64,000 nucleotides of DNA from Octopus bimaculoides (GCF_001194135.2 NC_068986.1:100836020-100900019); one strand, 5' to 3'. Shown: positions 1 to 12,685, counted from the stretch's first letter. Numbers and translations: made by a program. Notes: a model not told the origin generated them from the letters alone.

Positions 1-58
<58 letters not shown>

Positions 59-120
59 CATGTACATATATGAATATATTTTACTATATAGACGAACACG
101 CACACGCACACGCACACACA
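1..120. repeat. (TA)n then (CA)n-like microsatellite
   Basis: Visible dinucleotide runs at the window start. Confidence 0.95.
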
Positions 121-1077
121 GAGGCGTACATACACATATAGAGAGACAGACAGAAACAGAAGTGGGAGAAAGACATGCAGAAAATGCGAAAGAAAGGAAA
201 GAGTTTCATACATAGTACCGATGGATCGTTTATTCATTTCAACACAACAGATACTGCCGTCAAGCGGACTTTGAATTACCTAGCCTCAGCTATCGTAATT
301 AGGAATACGATCCATGCATTGGACTGATCACCTTTGTAGATAGTACCATCGCAGCACATTTTACTGACCATTTAAATAAATAATTATTTATCGCTTCACG
401 ATATTTATTGATGGCAATCTGTAAATATTCTTGGACTGATTTATACATGAGAACCATGATTTTCTACGTTAGAATTATTCAAACACATTTATTATTCCGA
501 ACTATGATTAGAATATACAACACAAGACCTCTATCTTTTGCAGGAATAAATCTTAAAGTGATATCTTCGATATCGACGAGAATTGTTCGTAGTGTTGTGG
601 AAGATAAATGAATAGCGTACATGCTATTGTAAGTGCTTTAGTGATGAACGAAATATACATTGATAAAGAAAAGATCAGTTATTGATTTTCTTCATCGAAA
701 TACAGCATTTAACTCAAATATAACAATCACATTCTTCACTGGCTAAAATTCCAGCGTTTTATAGGTAAATTTAATCGAAGACTGTTCATAAAATTAACGA
801 TGAACAAAATGACGAAATGGCATATAATTACTGAATAAAATATATTCGTGTAAGAAACAGATCGTTTGGCAGAGTAAGTCACGTTCACGAATAACACAAC
901 AGTAGATATAATGTACTGAATATTATGTTTAATATTTCTTTTTGTACAACTTTCACTTATATTCAATTGTATATTTGATCGTGTAAATTCATTCTTTATT
1001 TTGGTAATAACTTTGAATCTTTTTTACTGTTTCTGACAGCGGTAGTAGCCACAACATTGCGATATGGATTTTATTTT

Positions 1078-1235
1078 TTGGCACAAGGTCAGCAATGTCG
1101 GGGAAGGGGAAACTCGATTACATCGACCCAGTGCTCAATTTCTATTTATTCTATCCGCCCAGAAAATTGAGAAGCAAATCAAACTTTCAGGAATTTGAAC
1201 GCAAAATGGTAAGGCAGACAAAATGCACAGCAATT
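1078..1235 (-). mobile_element. Degenerate SINE family A copy
   Basis: cgattacatcgacccagtgctcaa...ggaatttgaacgcaaaa...gcagacaaaatg aligns by eye to the reverse complement of the family A copies at 23376 and 42290. Confidence 0.6.
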
Positions 1236-1765
1236 TCCTAAGGAGTTAGATTAATTATGATATCGGGAATTAATTTTGGTTTCACTTGTAGTGAAAAAAG
1301 GAATTGATATTTTAATTTCCAGATGTTTCAAATTCAGCGACTTATGAAAAATACATATCACATAAATTCTTGTCGAAGACCAAACTCGAGAGATACGAGT
1401 AGGTAAAGTCTTTATAGTTTTGCCAATAGGTTTTTTCGTACAAAAAACCATTAGCTGTATCGTTCTAAATATTTTCCAAGAAAATAAAACGATTTAGGTA
1501 TTACTAGCTTGAAAATCTATACATAGAAGAGTCTTCCTTATTGGCACTTAGCAAGCACGATAAGCTTAACAACAAAAATGTGGAGGTTGCTTAGTTATTT
1601 TCTTTACATTCCAAAATAGCCTGCAGCGAATAATTTCTGTGTGCTACTCAGGCGATATTAGATTATTATATACTATATACGTACATCTGCATCCCCCCAT
1701 TCATATATGTATGTCTATATGTCTGTATGTACGCATGCATGTATGTTTGTATATATATATGCATG

Positions 1766-1796
<31 letters not shown>

Positions 1797-1943
1797 TATA
1801 ATTTCTAAATCCATCTAGAGGAGAGATACAACAGCGGTACTGGTTAATAATATTTATTGTGAACAGTAACCCCTGCTGGACACGGCTGCTCCATATTTAT
1901 AAGGGGCATCTACTCCGAAATCGGTCTGTTCGAATGATTATGG

Positions 1944-2050
1944 ACACAGGTTTGTGCATCTTATAGTTAGCTAGAAGCGATCGTCTCTCGGAGCTAATCT
2001 ACAGCGGTATTCCTCCTATTTCTTTGGACTGCGACGTTAGTTTGGCAATA
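1944..2050. mobile_element. Single arm of foldback/MITE family F (degenerate)
   Basis: gacacagg...tagctagaagcgatcgtctctcggagctaatctacagcggtattcctcc...ggactgcgacgttagtttggcaata resembles the arm of the complete element at 44395-44694. Confidence 0.5.
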
Positions 2051-2061
2051 AATATTGCACA

Positions 2062-2086
2062 AGCACACACACACACACGCACACAC

Positions 2087-2120
<34 letters not shown>

Positions 2121-2152
2121 TACACACACGCACATACACACATATATATATG
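2062..2152. repeat. (CA)n/(TA)n microsatellite
   Basis: Direct reading. Confidence 0.95.
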
Positions 2153-2162
2153 CGTGATCAAT

Positions 2163-2270
2163 AAGTATCGGGACTGTTACCATAGTAACGAGGCTAAAGA
2201 ACGCAGAATAAACCCGCCTGGCACAGATTATGCATGAATGTTGCTGTGCAGGCGCACTATGTTTTAACGT
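2163..2270 (+). promoter_or_regulatory. Dispersed ~105-bp repeat, copy 1, with RFX X-box and NRF1-like motif
   Basis: GTTACCATAGTAAC (2176-2189) fits the X-box consensus GTNRCC-N0-3-RGYAAC. TGTGCAGGCGCA lies at 2245-2256. A homologous copy is at 62209-62314. The repeat is seen in the sequence; a regulatory role is inference only. Confidence 0.35.
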
Positions 2271-4783
2271 CCTTACTCCCTTTCGCTGTGCAGTGCATGC
2301 AGGTAAGGTGCATAACGTGTGATCGTTGCATTGCATATCAGAGAGAAAGTTGACCTGAGAATCTGCATCATATTTTGTCAAAAATCTTGGCGATAGCTGC
2401 TCAGAGGCCTAGGCAAAGTTTTGAAAAAATCTTTCAGTGTCTAAATTCTGAATGCAAATGTATGTCTTTATCATAAGAAAAAGAGTTTATCTCCACAGTA
2501 ACAAGAATGAGTTTTCTTTTAAATGCTAAAATATGTCAAAACATATTTTAATTAAACTATATTTTGTTTTATCCAGATCACTGCTCAGTATTGTTTTAAA
2601 CTTGAACACAAATGTACGTTCACACAAACACTCAAACACACACGCACAAAAGCATGTGTTTATATTTGGGTAATTATCGAATGTTTGTGCACTGTTCTTG
2701 TTTGTACAGCACATGAACATCAGCTCTCGAGTAACTATTGTTCTTTGTTCAGGTGTTTCTAAGAATGTAAATTCGCATACTTACTTCATGTACGTTGACA
2801 TTTTACTAGCGGAGCTGTTTGTGTTTGTATGAATGCCGAGGGATATTAGCGCTTTATAAATGCTACACACATACATGTTTATTGCAATGTTGGTTTATGT
2901 GTCTTGTAACTGTACAGTTGTTTCAATGGCGAAATAAAGCTATTCTTCTATCTCTCTAAGATATAACATACACATCTAAAATACATAAGTATTGCGTGTC
3001 CATGGTTACTAGGTAAATATGTTTTTCTCTCGGGTATTATATTTAATCCAGCTAACTTCAGATGTCTTTCTCTTGCTACTTGTTTCTTCTCCTCTGTATT
3101 TTAATTTAACTTTTGTTTTTTTTTATTTTTCTATCATCGAAATATATCAACATTTTATGCTTGCTCGGATACTTTTATTTCTCACACGTGTTTCGACCGC
3201 ATATGTTGTCCTATTTGAAACCGCATATGTTGTCCTACTAAGATCAGTAGCGCATTCTATCAAAGCGCTGCAACAATGCTGCCGTCACTTTCACTGTCAG
3301 TAATGCTAACTCTAAAGACTCAAACAGAGGTTGCATGAAAGCTATACGAAGAGTTATGATCCCGAGGACTGTTCGAAATCTGCAATATTTTTCAGTATGA
3401 GTAACATTCTAATATTAGGTACCCATGTTGTGTTGTAGAATGTTAAATGGAACGGTAGTAAGGAAACGAAAAAAAAAAGACCATCCGTTTCTTTTTTTAG
3501 TATCTCATGAAAACACTTATCATAGCTAAGTCCAAACAGTGAACTTCAAACAAAATGATGCCATTGTAATATTTTTTTTAATATATTAGTTACTTGTATC
3601 AACTGATGTCTATTTACCTTTCACCTTGTTCATGCTGCAAGAAACATGTATTGTAACTATCACAACAAACAGCAATCCGAAACAAATTCATATTTTGGAA
3701 ATAATTGCTTGATGCAGAGAGAAGCGTAATGCATCTAACATCAAATTCGCACGTATCTAATGGAATGGAATACGTTTGCTAGTGTCATTCAACCAGCTTT
3801 TACAACAACAATCTCCCTATTGCAATATAGAGGAAAGAGATAGAAGTATTCAGGAATCGTTTGTGTAGTATTAAAGAGAAATAGTATTACAATATTGATT
3901 CTCACATATGTGAGAAGGAGATATTTATTGCTACAGCATTGACATCGCATTTTTGAGAACGTTACTCGAACATTTACTGCACAATAAAATTTAGTGAATA
4001 ATCATTCTTGATGAGGTCAGTTCACTAAATACATTGAAGTAGGCAAAGTAGTGTGAATTGTTTATCACATGCACATTGCAGTAGGCGAGATGTTGCATTG
4101 CATGGTAAATCGAAATCTGCGCATAGATAAAATTAGATTTCTTCAACAGTCATTAAACGTAGTCTAAAACTCTCAGACACTCTATATCTATCTTTCTCTT
4201 CATCGATCAAACTCTCTAACCCTATTTACAACACTCGCTCAATTTTGCTCAAACTAAACTTATTTAAAACGCGAATCAATTCTATCAGTAATAGAATGGA
4301 GCTCTAATTTGTGCCAGGTTCATGTTAAATCTCAAATCATTAACAGAAATACGATAATGGCCATAAAGTTGCTAGACACATTAGGTATCTTCTAAAGTTT
4401 CATTATGTTAAATTTGAAACAAGCTGAATGGTGAGCATATTCATTAAAATGAATACGCGTTCTGAAGATTGTGCATCATCTCGTATATACATTTAGAAAT
4501 ACATGCTTACATACATACTGATGCAACTCGATTTGGAGCTAAGTTATCAATTGCATACAATATTGCATATGAGCAGCAAAGAGTGGGTTTCTATTTCTTG
4601 TTGGGACTCTGTAATATCGTTCAATGATGTGACTACCATAGGTGCATCTTCCAGTATATGCTCAAAAGGCTCACATCCCAAACCGAAACATGTCTCATTA
4701 CGCCATGGAATCTCTTATCGAGAGTGATTCTCACTTTGGTTGCAGTAAACCATGGTATGCAACACATAAGTGAAGATGTAAAA

Positions 4784-4823
<40 letters not shown>

Positions 4824-5381
4824 CACACACACACACACACACACNNNNNNNNNNNNNNNNNNNNNNNNNNNNNNNNNNNNNNNNNNNNNNNNNNNNNNNN
4901 NNNNNNNNNNNNNNNNNNNNNNNNNNNNNNNNNNNNNNNNNNNNNNNNNNNNNNNNNNNNNNNNNNNNNNNNNNNNNNNNNNNNNNNNNNNNNNNNNNNN
5001 NNNNNNNNNNNNNNNNNNNNNNNNNNNNNNNNNNNNNNNNNNNNNNNNNNNNNNNNNNNNNNNNNNNNNNNNNNNNNNNNNNNNNNNNNNNNNNNNNNNN
5101 NNNNNNNNNNNNNNNNNNNNNNNNNNNNNNNNNNNNNNNNNNNNNNNNNNNNNNNNNNNNNNNNNNNNNNNNNNNNNNNNNNNNNNNNNNNNNNNNNNNN
5201 NNNNNNNNNNNNNNNNNNNNNNNNNNNNNNNNNNNNNNNNNNNNNNNNNNNNNNNNNNNNNNNNNNNNNNNNNNNNNNNNNNNNNNNNNNNNATATATAT
5301 ACATATATATGTATATATATGTATATATGTATGTGTGTATGTATGTACATATATATATGTGTGTGTGTGTGTGTGTCTGTG

Positions 5382-5565
5382 TGGAAGCGCAATGGTCCAG
5401 TCGTTAGGGCAGCAGACTCGTGGTCATAAGATCGCGGTTTTGGTTCCTAGAGTAGGTGTTGTGTGTGTATATTGAGCCAAAACACATAAAGGTCCACGGG
5501 GCTCAGGCAGGAAGTAGGTGGCGAAACCTGCTGTGATCCTTCCCCACAACTTTCTCTCAATCTTC
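5382..5565 (+). mobile_element. SINE family B, 5' half with tRNA-derived head
   Basis: A-box-like TGGTCCAGTCG and B-box-like GGTTTTGGTTCC. The body (aaaacacataaaggtccacggggctc...cacaactttctctca) matches the copy at 59411. Confidence 0.8.
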
Positions 5566-5672
5566 CTTTCACTTTCCGTCTACCGAATCCAGTCACCTAG
5601 CTTTAGTCGAACCGAGGCTATAGTAGAAGACACCTACACAAGGGGTTGCGAAACAAGCTTATTACCACAAAG
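5566..5672 (-). mobile_element. SINE family C 5' fragment, internally deleted and fused to the family B copy
   Basis: ctttcactttccgtctaccgaatcc...gaggctatagtagaagacac...ggttgcgaaacaagcttattaccaca matches the reverse complement of the head of the family C copy at 16146. Confidence 0.75.
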
Positions 5673-5679
5673 ACAGGGT

Positions 5680-5778
5680 TGCGCCTCCACACAGCCACGA
5701 TGCGTCACTATACAACCACAGTGCGCCTCCATACAGCAAAGCTGCGCCTCTAATACATCCGCAGTGCGGCTCCATAGA
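5680..5778. repeat. ~21-bp minisatellite, about 5 units (TGCGCCTCCAYACAGCCACRR)
   Basis: Units: tgcgcctccacacagccacga / tgcgtcactatacaaccacag / tgcgcctccatacagcaaagc / tgcgcctctaatacatccgcag / tgcggctccatagagcca. Confidence 0.8.
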
Positions 5779-6135
5779 GCCATGCTATGACTCCACACGT
5801 CTACGCTCAGTATACAGAAATGTAGGTGTTTTCGTGACTAAATAGATATTGTTTACGATGTGTTAGTTCGTTTACAGATATACATTAAAAGTACATTTCA
5901 ACTTTTAATGAAATAAATTCTATGACCTGTACACTCTATATACACCAATAATATGGGCCATATTAGCATTGGTGTAAATAGGGAAAATAAACGGAGACAG
6001 CAGTGTAGAGAATATATACGTTAATCGAAAAAGAGCATAAAAAGTGTTTCACTAATGGAATATAAATCAGAAATAAACATACATAAAAAAATGTACATAC
6101 GTGTGTGTGTGTGTGTATGTGCGTGTGTGTGCATA

Positions 6136-6178
<43 letters not shown>

Positions 6179-8759
6179 NNNNNNNNNNNNNNNNNNNNNN
6201 NNNNNNNNNNNNNNNNNNNNNNNNNNNNNNNNNNNNNNNNNNNNNNNNNNNNNNNNNNNNNNNNNNNNNNNNNNNNNNNNNNNNNNNNNNNNNNNNNNNN
6301 NNNNNNNNNNNNNNNNNNNNNNNNNNNNNNNNNNNNNNNNNNNNNNNNNNNNNNNNNNNNNNNNNNNNNNNNNNNNNNNNTATATATATATACATGGATA
6401 TATACATATATACATATATTTATGTGTGTGTACATGCTTATAAAAAACACATCCGCGCGTGTATGACTGCAAACTACATATTTACCAAACGTTAGCAGCT
6501 GCTCAAAATCTCTGTAAATATTGATACACTCTGAATTGAGGTATGTACACCTAATAATTGGTTACCTAGATCTACCAATTTAGAATATTTGAAGCTGCTG
6601 GTTATATCAGTTGCACAATATAATCGACAAGGAAATGTAATATATAAATTCCTATTCTATTTTGTTTCAATGTTTATATTTACCTCTCATAAAGTGTAAT
6701 ATGTTCCTGTATCAGGATGTTTATAATCATTGGTATTGCAGTATATTATTTTCCTTGTGTACAGAGATGTCATATAAGTTGGAACACATGGAGAACGTTG
6801 GAAAATGTACTAGTGCCTTTTAATCAGTGTTTGTCTGAGTGGTAAATTGTGCAAATGACGGATAGATGAATGTGTTAACTTACAATATAAGCAATTAAGC
6901 AAATTTGTCTGTGTCTGAAATACATCGAAATTGTCAAAAGCTCAATAATTAGGGTGGAAAGTAAAAGCAGAACTGTCAAATACTACAGGAATCGATAAAA
7001 AAGGGGACGGACTTATCTATGGTTGAAAACCAAACTCTCGAATATGTAAGCATAACGATGTAACACCTGTGCTCCGAATGTGGTACTTCAGCCAATAAGG
7101 GACGAAGCATCGGAAAAGAGAATAATATTTCAGCAGATGTATCTGAAAGCAATAGACGCGACCATAGAGCAATGGTTAAGGAGATGATTTTCTACACATT
7201 ACAATACGAAGTCGTTTACCACTGAGGGTATATTATTATCTGAAAAATACATGTTACAAAATATATTACGCACGTTAAGAACAATTTCTGCTCAGAAAAT
7301 TCATTACTGCAGATTGTGTTTCGAAAAAAGTAATCACTGAGCCTATAGTTGATTATGTGATAAATGATATTTGAAAGAGTTACTGACACATGAACCATGG
7401 AAGCATTAATCATGGGTAAGGTTGCAGAAATTTAATTAAGTTCAGCATTCAATTCCTCAAACATTTCTAAACAAATTCGAGAACAAACAAAATAGATTTT
7501 TTTTTTTTAAAATTCTGTGCATTCACATTTTCACATTAGAAGATAAATAGACATAGTCAGCTCTATACGTTCCTTCAGTTCCTTCCAGGGTTAGACGTGT
7601 ATAAGGTGGATGGTAGATGACTTGCTTTCGGTGTATGGTCAGGCCTTTGAAATATAGAAACATATGTTAACATAAATATTTGATCCTCCACTCTGATTCG
7701 TATAACAAATTGTTTACTGCACTGTTAAAGAAAGATATCCGGGTCTCAAAGCTCGCCATCAATTGTAATTCAGTTAGTTAAAACCCGCAGAAAACGAGAT
7801 TGCATAATACCAAGGACTTTGCAGAAAACCTTAGAGAACGAGGTAAACGACCGTTTGTAATTTGAAGCAATGTTTTTGGAAGATATAACAATCAGGCACG
7901 CTTCGAGAGATTAATGCTTCAGGGAATGCATGGCCCATATTATTGTCCTATGATGAATGCTTTTCGTACCAACAATGATGGGCTTTCCATTTAGCAAGAG
8001 AGTCTGATAGCCAAATATTAAATGAAAATTATTCTCACCCACTGTAACGTCATCGACGTGAGGATGTATCTTATTATCCTGCAACAATTCCTTTTGAAAT
8101 TAGTCTTGTTAATAATCGTTATGTATTTCCATAGGATACGCTATAACTAAAAGAAAAACGCCAGTGTACTAATACTGAGTTTCAGGAAATGTAAAAAGAC
8201 TGTATTTAATAGTTCATCAACAAATGTGTTTATAAGTTTGAAGTTTCAATCGAGATTGACTGGTCTTTTCCAAATTGATGATTGGAAAGCAAACTGTGGG
8301 AATTTTAATAACCGATGTACTGGTGTAACCCTTATTTGCTCCAAATGACTCAATCACTAATTCTTCAAAAACGTCTTAACGCTGAAATATGTCTAACACA
8401 TTTGCTCAATCAAAGAAAGATAGAGACTGCTTCAAATCATCGAAAGCGTCCATGATATTAAACAGCATCAAAAATTACTGCATGCTTTTAGAAAATATGT
8501 AGTGTGTATTAATATATTTAATTAAGAGCGTCGTTGCGTGAAATAATAATGGCCATGTTTACGCAACCGACTTGAGAGGGAAACAAAACAAAATAATCCA
8601 GCTATATTACAGAAAGATGACTTTTTCATCTTGTTAGTTCATGTAAGAAGTAACTCCACTCTATTAAAAGCAATCTGCATGCGAGTATTTTTGCAAAAAC
8701 GCTATACTAATACCGTTATAAAATATTTGCTTCAAATACAGACTGAAAATTTATGCCTA

Positions 8760-8864
8760 CTAATGATGGTGATGGTGATGATATAATAATAATAATAATA
8801 ATAAGAAGAAGAAGAAGAATAATAATAATAACAATAATAATAATAATGATAATAATAATAATAC
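8760..8864. repeat. (GAT)/(AAT)n trinucleotide array
   Basis: Direct reading. Confidence 0.95.
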
Positions 8865-9350
8865 TGAGGGGTGTTGAGCGCCCATCACTTACAAAATGCT
8901 ACAAGGGTCCGTGCCTGAACTATCCTCTAAAAGTCAAGGACGACTACTTCGCGAAACCAACAGAAGATTGGGATATGGCAAGTATCTGGCGCCTTCAAAT
9001 AACCAGTGATCCACTTTGACTGTACTTATTATCACTGGATGGCAAAACGTCTAGGAGAAGGAAAACTCTGAGTTCAAAACCAGGGGAGCAACGGCCCTGC
9101 CGATTTGCCAGACTACCCTGAAAGAGATGGTATCTCGTTAAAAATACCGAAAGTAGCAAACTACGAACGCACCTCATTTGTGAGCGAAAATGCTTGGTAA
9201 AATAGATAACAATAACGGTGGGAACAGGGCTGGAACCAATTGTGAAGGTTCGGCAGCAGTCAGGTGTGCCTCTTTGCAGCAGGGTTGGCCCGGCTCTAAC
9301 CTCAGCTACTGTTAGTCATGCTACAAGACATAAGTGGAGTAAACAAGAAA
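8865..9350 (+). mobile_element. Probable 5' end (UTR and start of ORF) of an RTE-clade LINE
   Basis: ctaggagaaggaaaactctgagttcaaaacc (~9054-9085) is a motif I recall from RTE 5' UTRs. The downstream frame reads TRHKWSKQEK, resembling the RxKWSxEEN N-terminal motif. The first 50 bp recur at 52151. Confidence 0.5.
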
Positions 9351-10274
9351 AAAATTCTCCGCAGGGTGCTCCAAGCATGACCAGTAACCAAGTTTCACCT
9401 TAGTGCGCTGGCTGTGACTGCTGACACTTTCCATCATAGCCAAATAATAATAATAATAATAATGATAATAATAATTGACAAGTAAAGCGCAATGCGATTA
9501 CAATAGATATTTTATCGGTTGAACAATATTTCGATAATCGGTGTGTCTTTTACAATTACAAAATATGAAATGAAATTAAAATCAAAGATACGAAACGCTG
9601 AAACATTCACAATTACACCGGAAGAACTGCGTTTCTTTCCGTGTAAAATGACGGCATCATATATTAGTAATCCCCAAGCTGGAGCCTAGGATTCTGGCCG
9701 TTTTGCCCTGGTGCATTTGAATTCATAATTGGAAACTCTCCAGAAAAGTGTTTACTTGCTCAAGCAAAAACTTTGAGGCCATCTTCAATTTTGTCTTGAA
9801 AACAATAAATTTGTTCCTTTTCCAAAAAAAAAAAAAAGTGTTTCAGCTGCTAACAAAAAACGGAAGAAGTCACATACCATTTATCAGCACCACTCCAGAG
9901 ATGGGTTACTCCGACAAAGACGAGTAGACATTATGAACCCTCACAGAATTATCAACAGTATATTTTGACACCTAACAAATTCTATTTTTTAAGTGAGGAT
10001 TTCCATCAAAACCCCAAAAAGAGAGACTAAAATGTGTGATGCTATTAATGCTGGAAAACACGCTAGACCAAAGGTTAAAACTTTCGCCATAAGGAATATA
10101 TCAGTTTGTCCGATGTGGCAAGGTCCAGGAATATTTTTTTGAAAGAATTGTTGATGGAGCGTCAGAAGACCTGTTCAAAGAAATTATGATAATAATCGGA
10201 TCAGGTTTGATTGGATTTTAACGAGTCGAAAGTGGTATCCGGACAAAGTTCAGGACAAACGGTTACAAGCACGG

Positions 10275-12297
10275 TTGGAATTTCTCGAATCTTGTCAGAC
10301 AGAAATTAACGAAAGCCTTCAAACATGTAAGAAAAAGAGCTGGATTGACCTTACGGATTCCCAGCGTAGCGCACTCTGTAACCTAGTTAATAATGCTTCT
10401 ATTGTTATTATAATTGCAATAAAGAAGGTGCTATTGCAATTATGGAAATGGACTTGTACATTATAAGTGACAAAGGTTTTTATGAAGAACTACCTATAGA
10501 TCCTACCTATATACCCAACTTACAAAGAACTACCTATATACCCAAAATACAGAGAGGAACTTAACTTGATAAGATGATTTTCGAAATGGAGGAAAAGAAT
10601 GTCATAGATGACACGGAATCTAAGCTATTAGGTTTAGTAAAACGCCTGTATTTTACGGTCTTCCAAATATAGATAAAAATTTCGAAACATTCCCTCCATT
10701 GCGCCAAATTTGTAGTGGGTATGAATGTCGCACTGCTAAAATTCCGGAATAGTTGGATTGGTTTTCTGCTCCCAGTAGCTAAAGGATCAAGTTCCTCCAT
10801 TCGGTATACTTTTGATTTTGTTTCCAAATTGAATAAATTTTCTAAACACCTAAGAAGTATTGAAGACTCATTTTTGGTAACAATGGATGTTTCTCCCGTA
10901 TACCCCAACATCAATCACGATGATGGGGTGGAAGCATTCATGACAGCGTTTGGCATATGAAAGAAAGGCATTCTTTCATAGTATCTCTGTAAATTATCGA
11001 AATTTGTGTTACAACATAACGCAATGAAGTTTGGATAAATATTTTTTCTGTCAGACGAAGGGATGCGCCATGTGTACCCGTATGGCAGTTAATTTTGCAA
11101 ACGTCTTCCTGATAAAATTTGAAACGCAATTGATAGACACATTAAAATCCCTGCATGGTCATGAACCTATACTCTGGTTACGGTTCATTGACGACTCATA
11201 TTTGTCTGAGAGGGAACACATGATATTTTAGTCAAATTTTTATATTTCTGTGATTGCATCGCGGATGACTATGGGTTTAAGTCCAAAATTAAATTAACGT
11301 TTAATTTTTGGACACGGATATCAAGGTTTCGGGAGAGCGAATAGTCACAGAATTATTTGCAAACCCATGTCATCGCATATTTATCTCCACCACCGCTCTG
11401 ATCATCGACATCATACAATCAGACCAATAATGAAGTCCCAGTTTTTGAGGATAAGATGTATTCGCACAGACATTGGGGATTATTGGAAACACACAAATAC
11501 TATTGTGCGCCATTTTGTAAAGCGCGGTTATAGTGAGTCACGATTAAAGGAAATTACGAATGACATAGCTAAAATTAGTCGTGATAATCAAACTTTCACG
11601 CCTAATTTTAGCAGTCAGAAAAGAGCTTATGGCCGAATTCCTTCAGTGATTAACCGAATTTTCGCTGGCATTGAAAGAGAATTACATGACAATTACCAAC
11701 ATATTTCAGAAAAATATTTTCATTTCCGACAAATATTTACTGTTCCGTCTATTGCAGCCTTTAGACGTAATACAAATATTAAAGGTATTTTGACTAGTAT
11801 CTCTAATAAAATCTCCATTACAGTTTCAGAACGCTGCATCGCCAAAAGACCCATAAGAGAGGTAAGCCCTGTTTGTTGTGCAATAACATGTGTCATACCG
11901 ATTCCATCAAGGATTATTACAGAAATGTTATGACTTACACAGGAGGGATCTGTAATGATTCCCATTAGGTGTATGCANNNNNNNNNNGATCTGTAATGGT
12001 TCCCATTAGGTGTATGCAGTGGAATGCACGGAACACGAAATGATTTATTTTAGTTGCACAACAGGACTATTGGGAAAAAAAAAGATTTAGCGGACATAGA
12101 TATGACGTCAGGCACAATAACAAAGGTTCCTCGGAATTGCAGAACATTTCACATCAAATTGGTGTAAATTTGAAGGGGGCGTTAAAGTCGCATTCTCAAA
12201 ATTTACCCTCAAACCACTGCACTTTCAGTCTTCAAAACCCATGAGGTTAGATATATTTGCGAGATGTTCAGATCTGAGCCTGGAGGAATTAATAAAA
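10275..12297 (+). pseudogene. PLE reverse transcriptase plus GIY-YIG endonuclease ORF, broken by stops and frameshifts
   Basis: ORF-track pieces 10275-10466, 10715-10960, 11031-11231 and 11367-11933 carry consecutive PLE RT and thumb motifs in different frames. Confidence 0.85.
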
Positions 12298-12419
12298 TGA
12301 CAGGTGAATTCCATCATATTTATACTTAAACGTCTTGACTGAATTATTTTTCCTTCAAATCTTTTCTCTTTTTCGGTCTTTTTCTCTCTTTCGTTCCTTC
12401 TGTAACCTACTGTGAAAGA

Positions 12420-12559
12420 CTGACGACATAGTGTTACTTGGAAAGCAACACAGTCATTCCAGTTTCATTTTGTATGTTTCAGCGTTTCCTATCTTTGAAT
12501 TTAATTTAATTTAATATTTTTTTTAACCTGCAAAAGACACACGGAGTGTCGAAATATTC
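12420..12559 (+). ncRNA. Two candidate degenerate minimal hammerhead ribozyme cores in the PLE 3' region
   Basis: CTGACGA (12420-12426), a hairpin, then GAAA (12441-12444). Second core: CTGCAAAA, stem GACAC/GTGTC (12536-12550), GAAA, and palindrome AATATT. Stems I and III do not pair cleanly. Confidence 0.3.
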
Positions 12560-12660
12560 TTCAACCAATAATATATCCATTGCAATGTCACCGCGCTCTT
12601 CGTGTTGTCTGTTTAACTTTGTGAAGTTAATATTTTAAAATATGTCAATAATTTTAGAAT

Positions 12661-12685
12661 ACTAACAATAACAATGCTGCTGCTG

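Larger units (their letters stand above)
10000..12600 (+). mobile_element. Penelope-like retroelement, near full length and decayed
   Basis: PLE motifs occur in the expected order: DLTDSQRSAL (NLTxEERxAL); YTFDFVSKL and LVTMDVSPVYPNINHDDG; QTKGCAMCTRMAVNFANVF; WLRFIDD; YLHHRSDHRHH..KSQFLRIR..KRGYS; GIY-YIG remnants RFSGHRYDVR and EPGGIN (~12277-12295). A pyrimidine-rich, pLTR-like 3' region follows. Confidence 0.88.

Noticed and set aside
3196-3237. 24-bp-period tandem duplication (accgcatatgttgtccta x2); similar 18-bp duplication at 17391-17426
   Set aside because: These are ordinary slippage duplications with no further structure.
11367-11933. 188-aa ORF as a host gene
   Set aside because: It is the thumb/linker part of the Penelope-like element.
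11947-12018. 31-bp direct duplication inside the PLE
   Set aside because: The two copies sit on either side of a 10-N gap. This is most likely an unmerged contig overlap or allelic ends (one mismatch).
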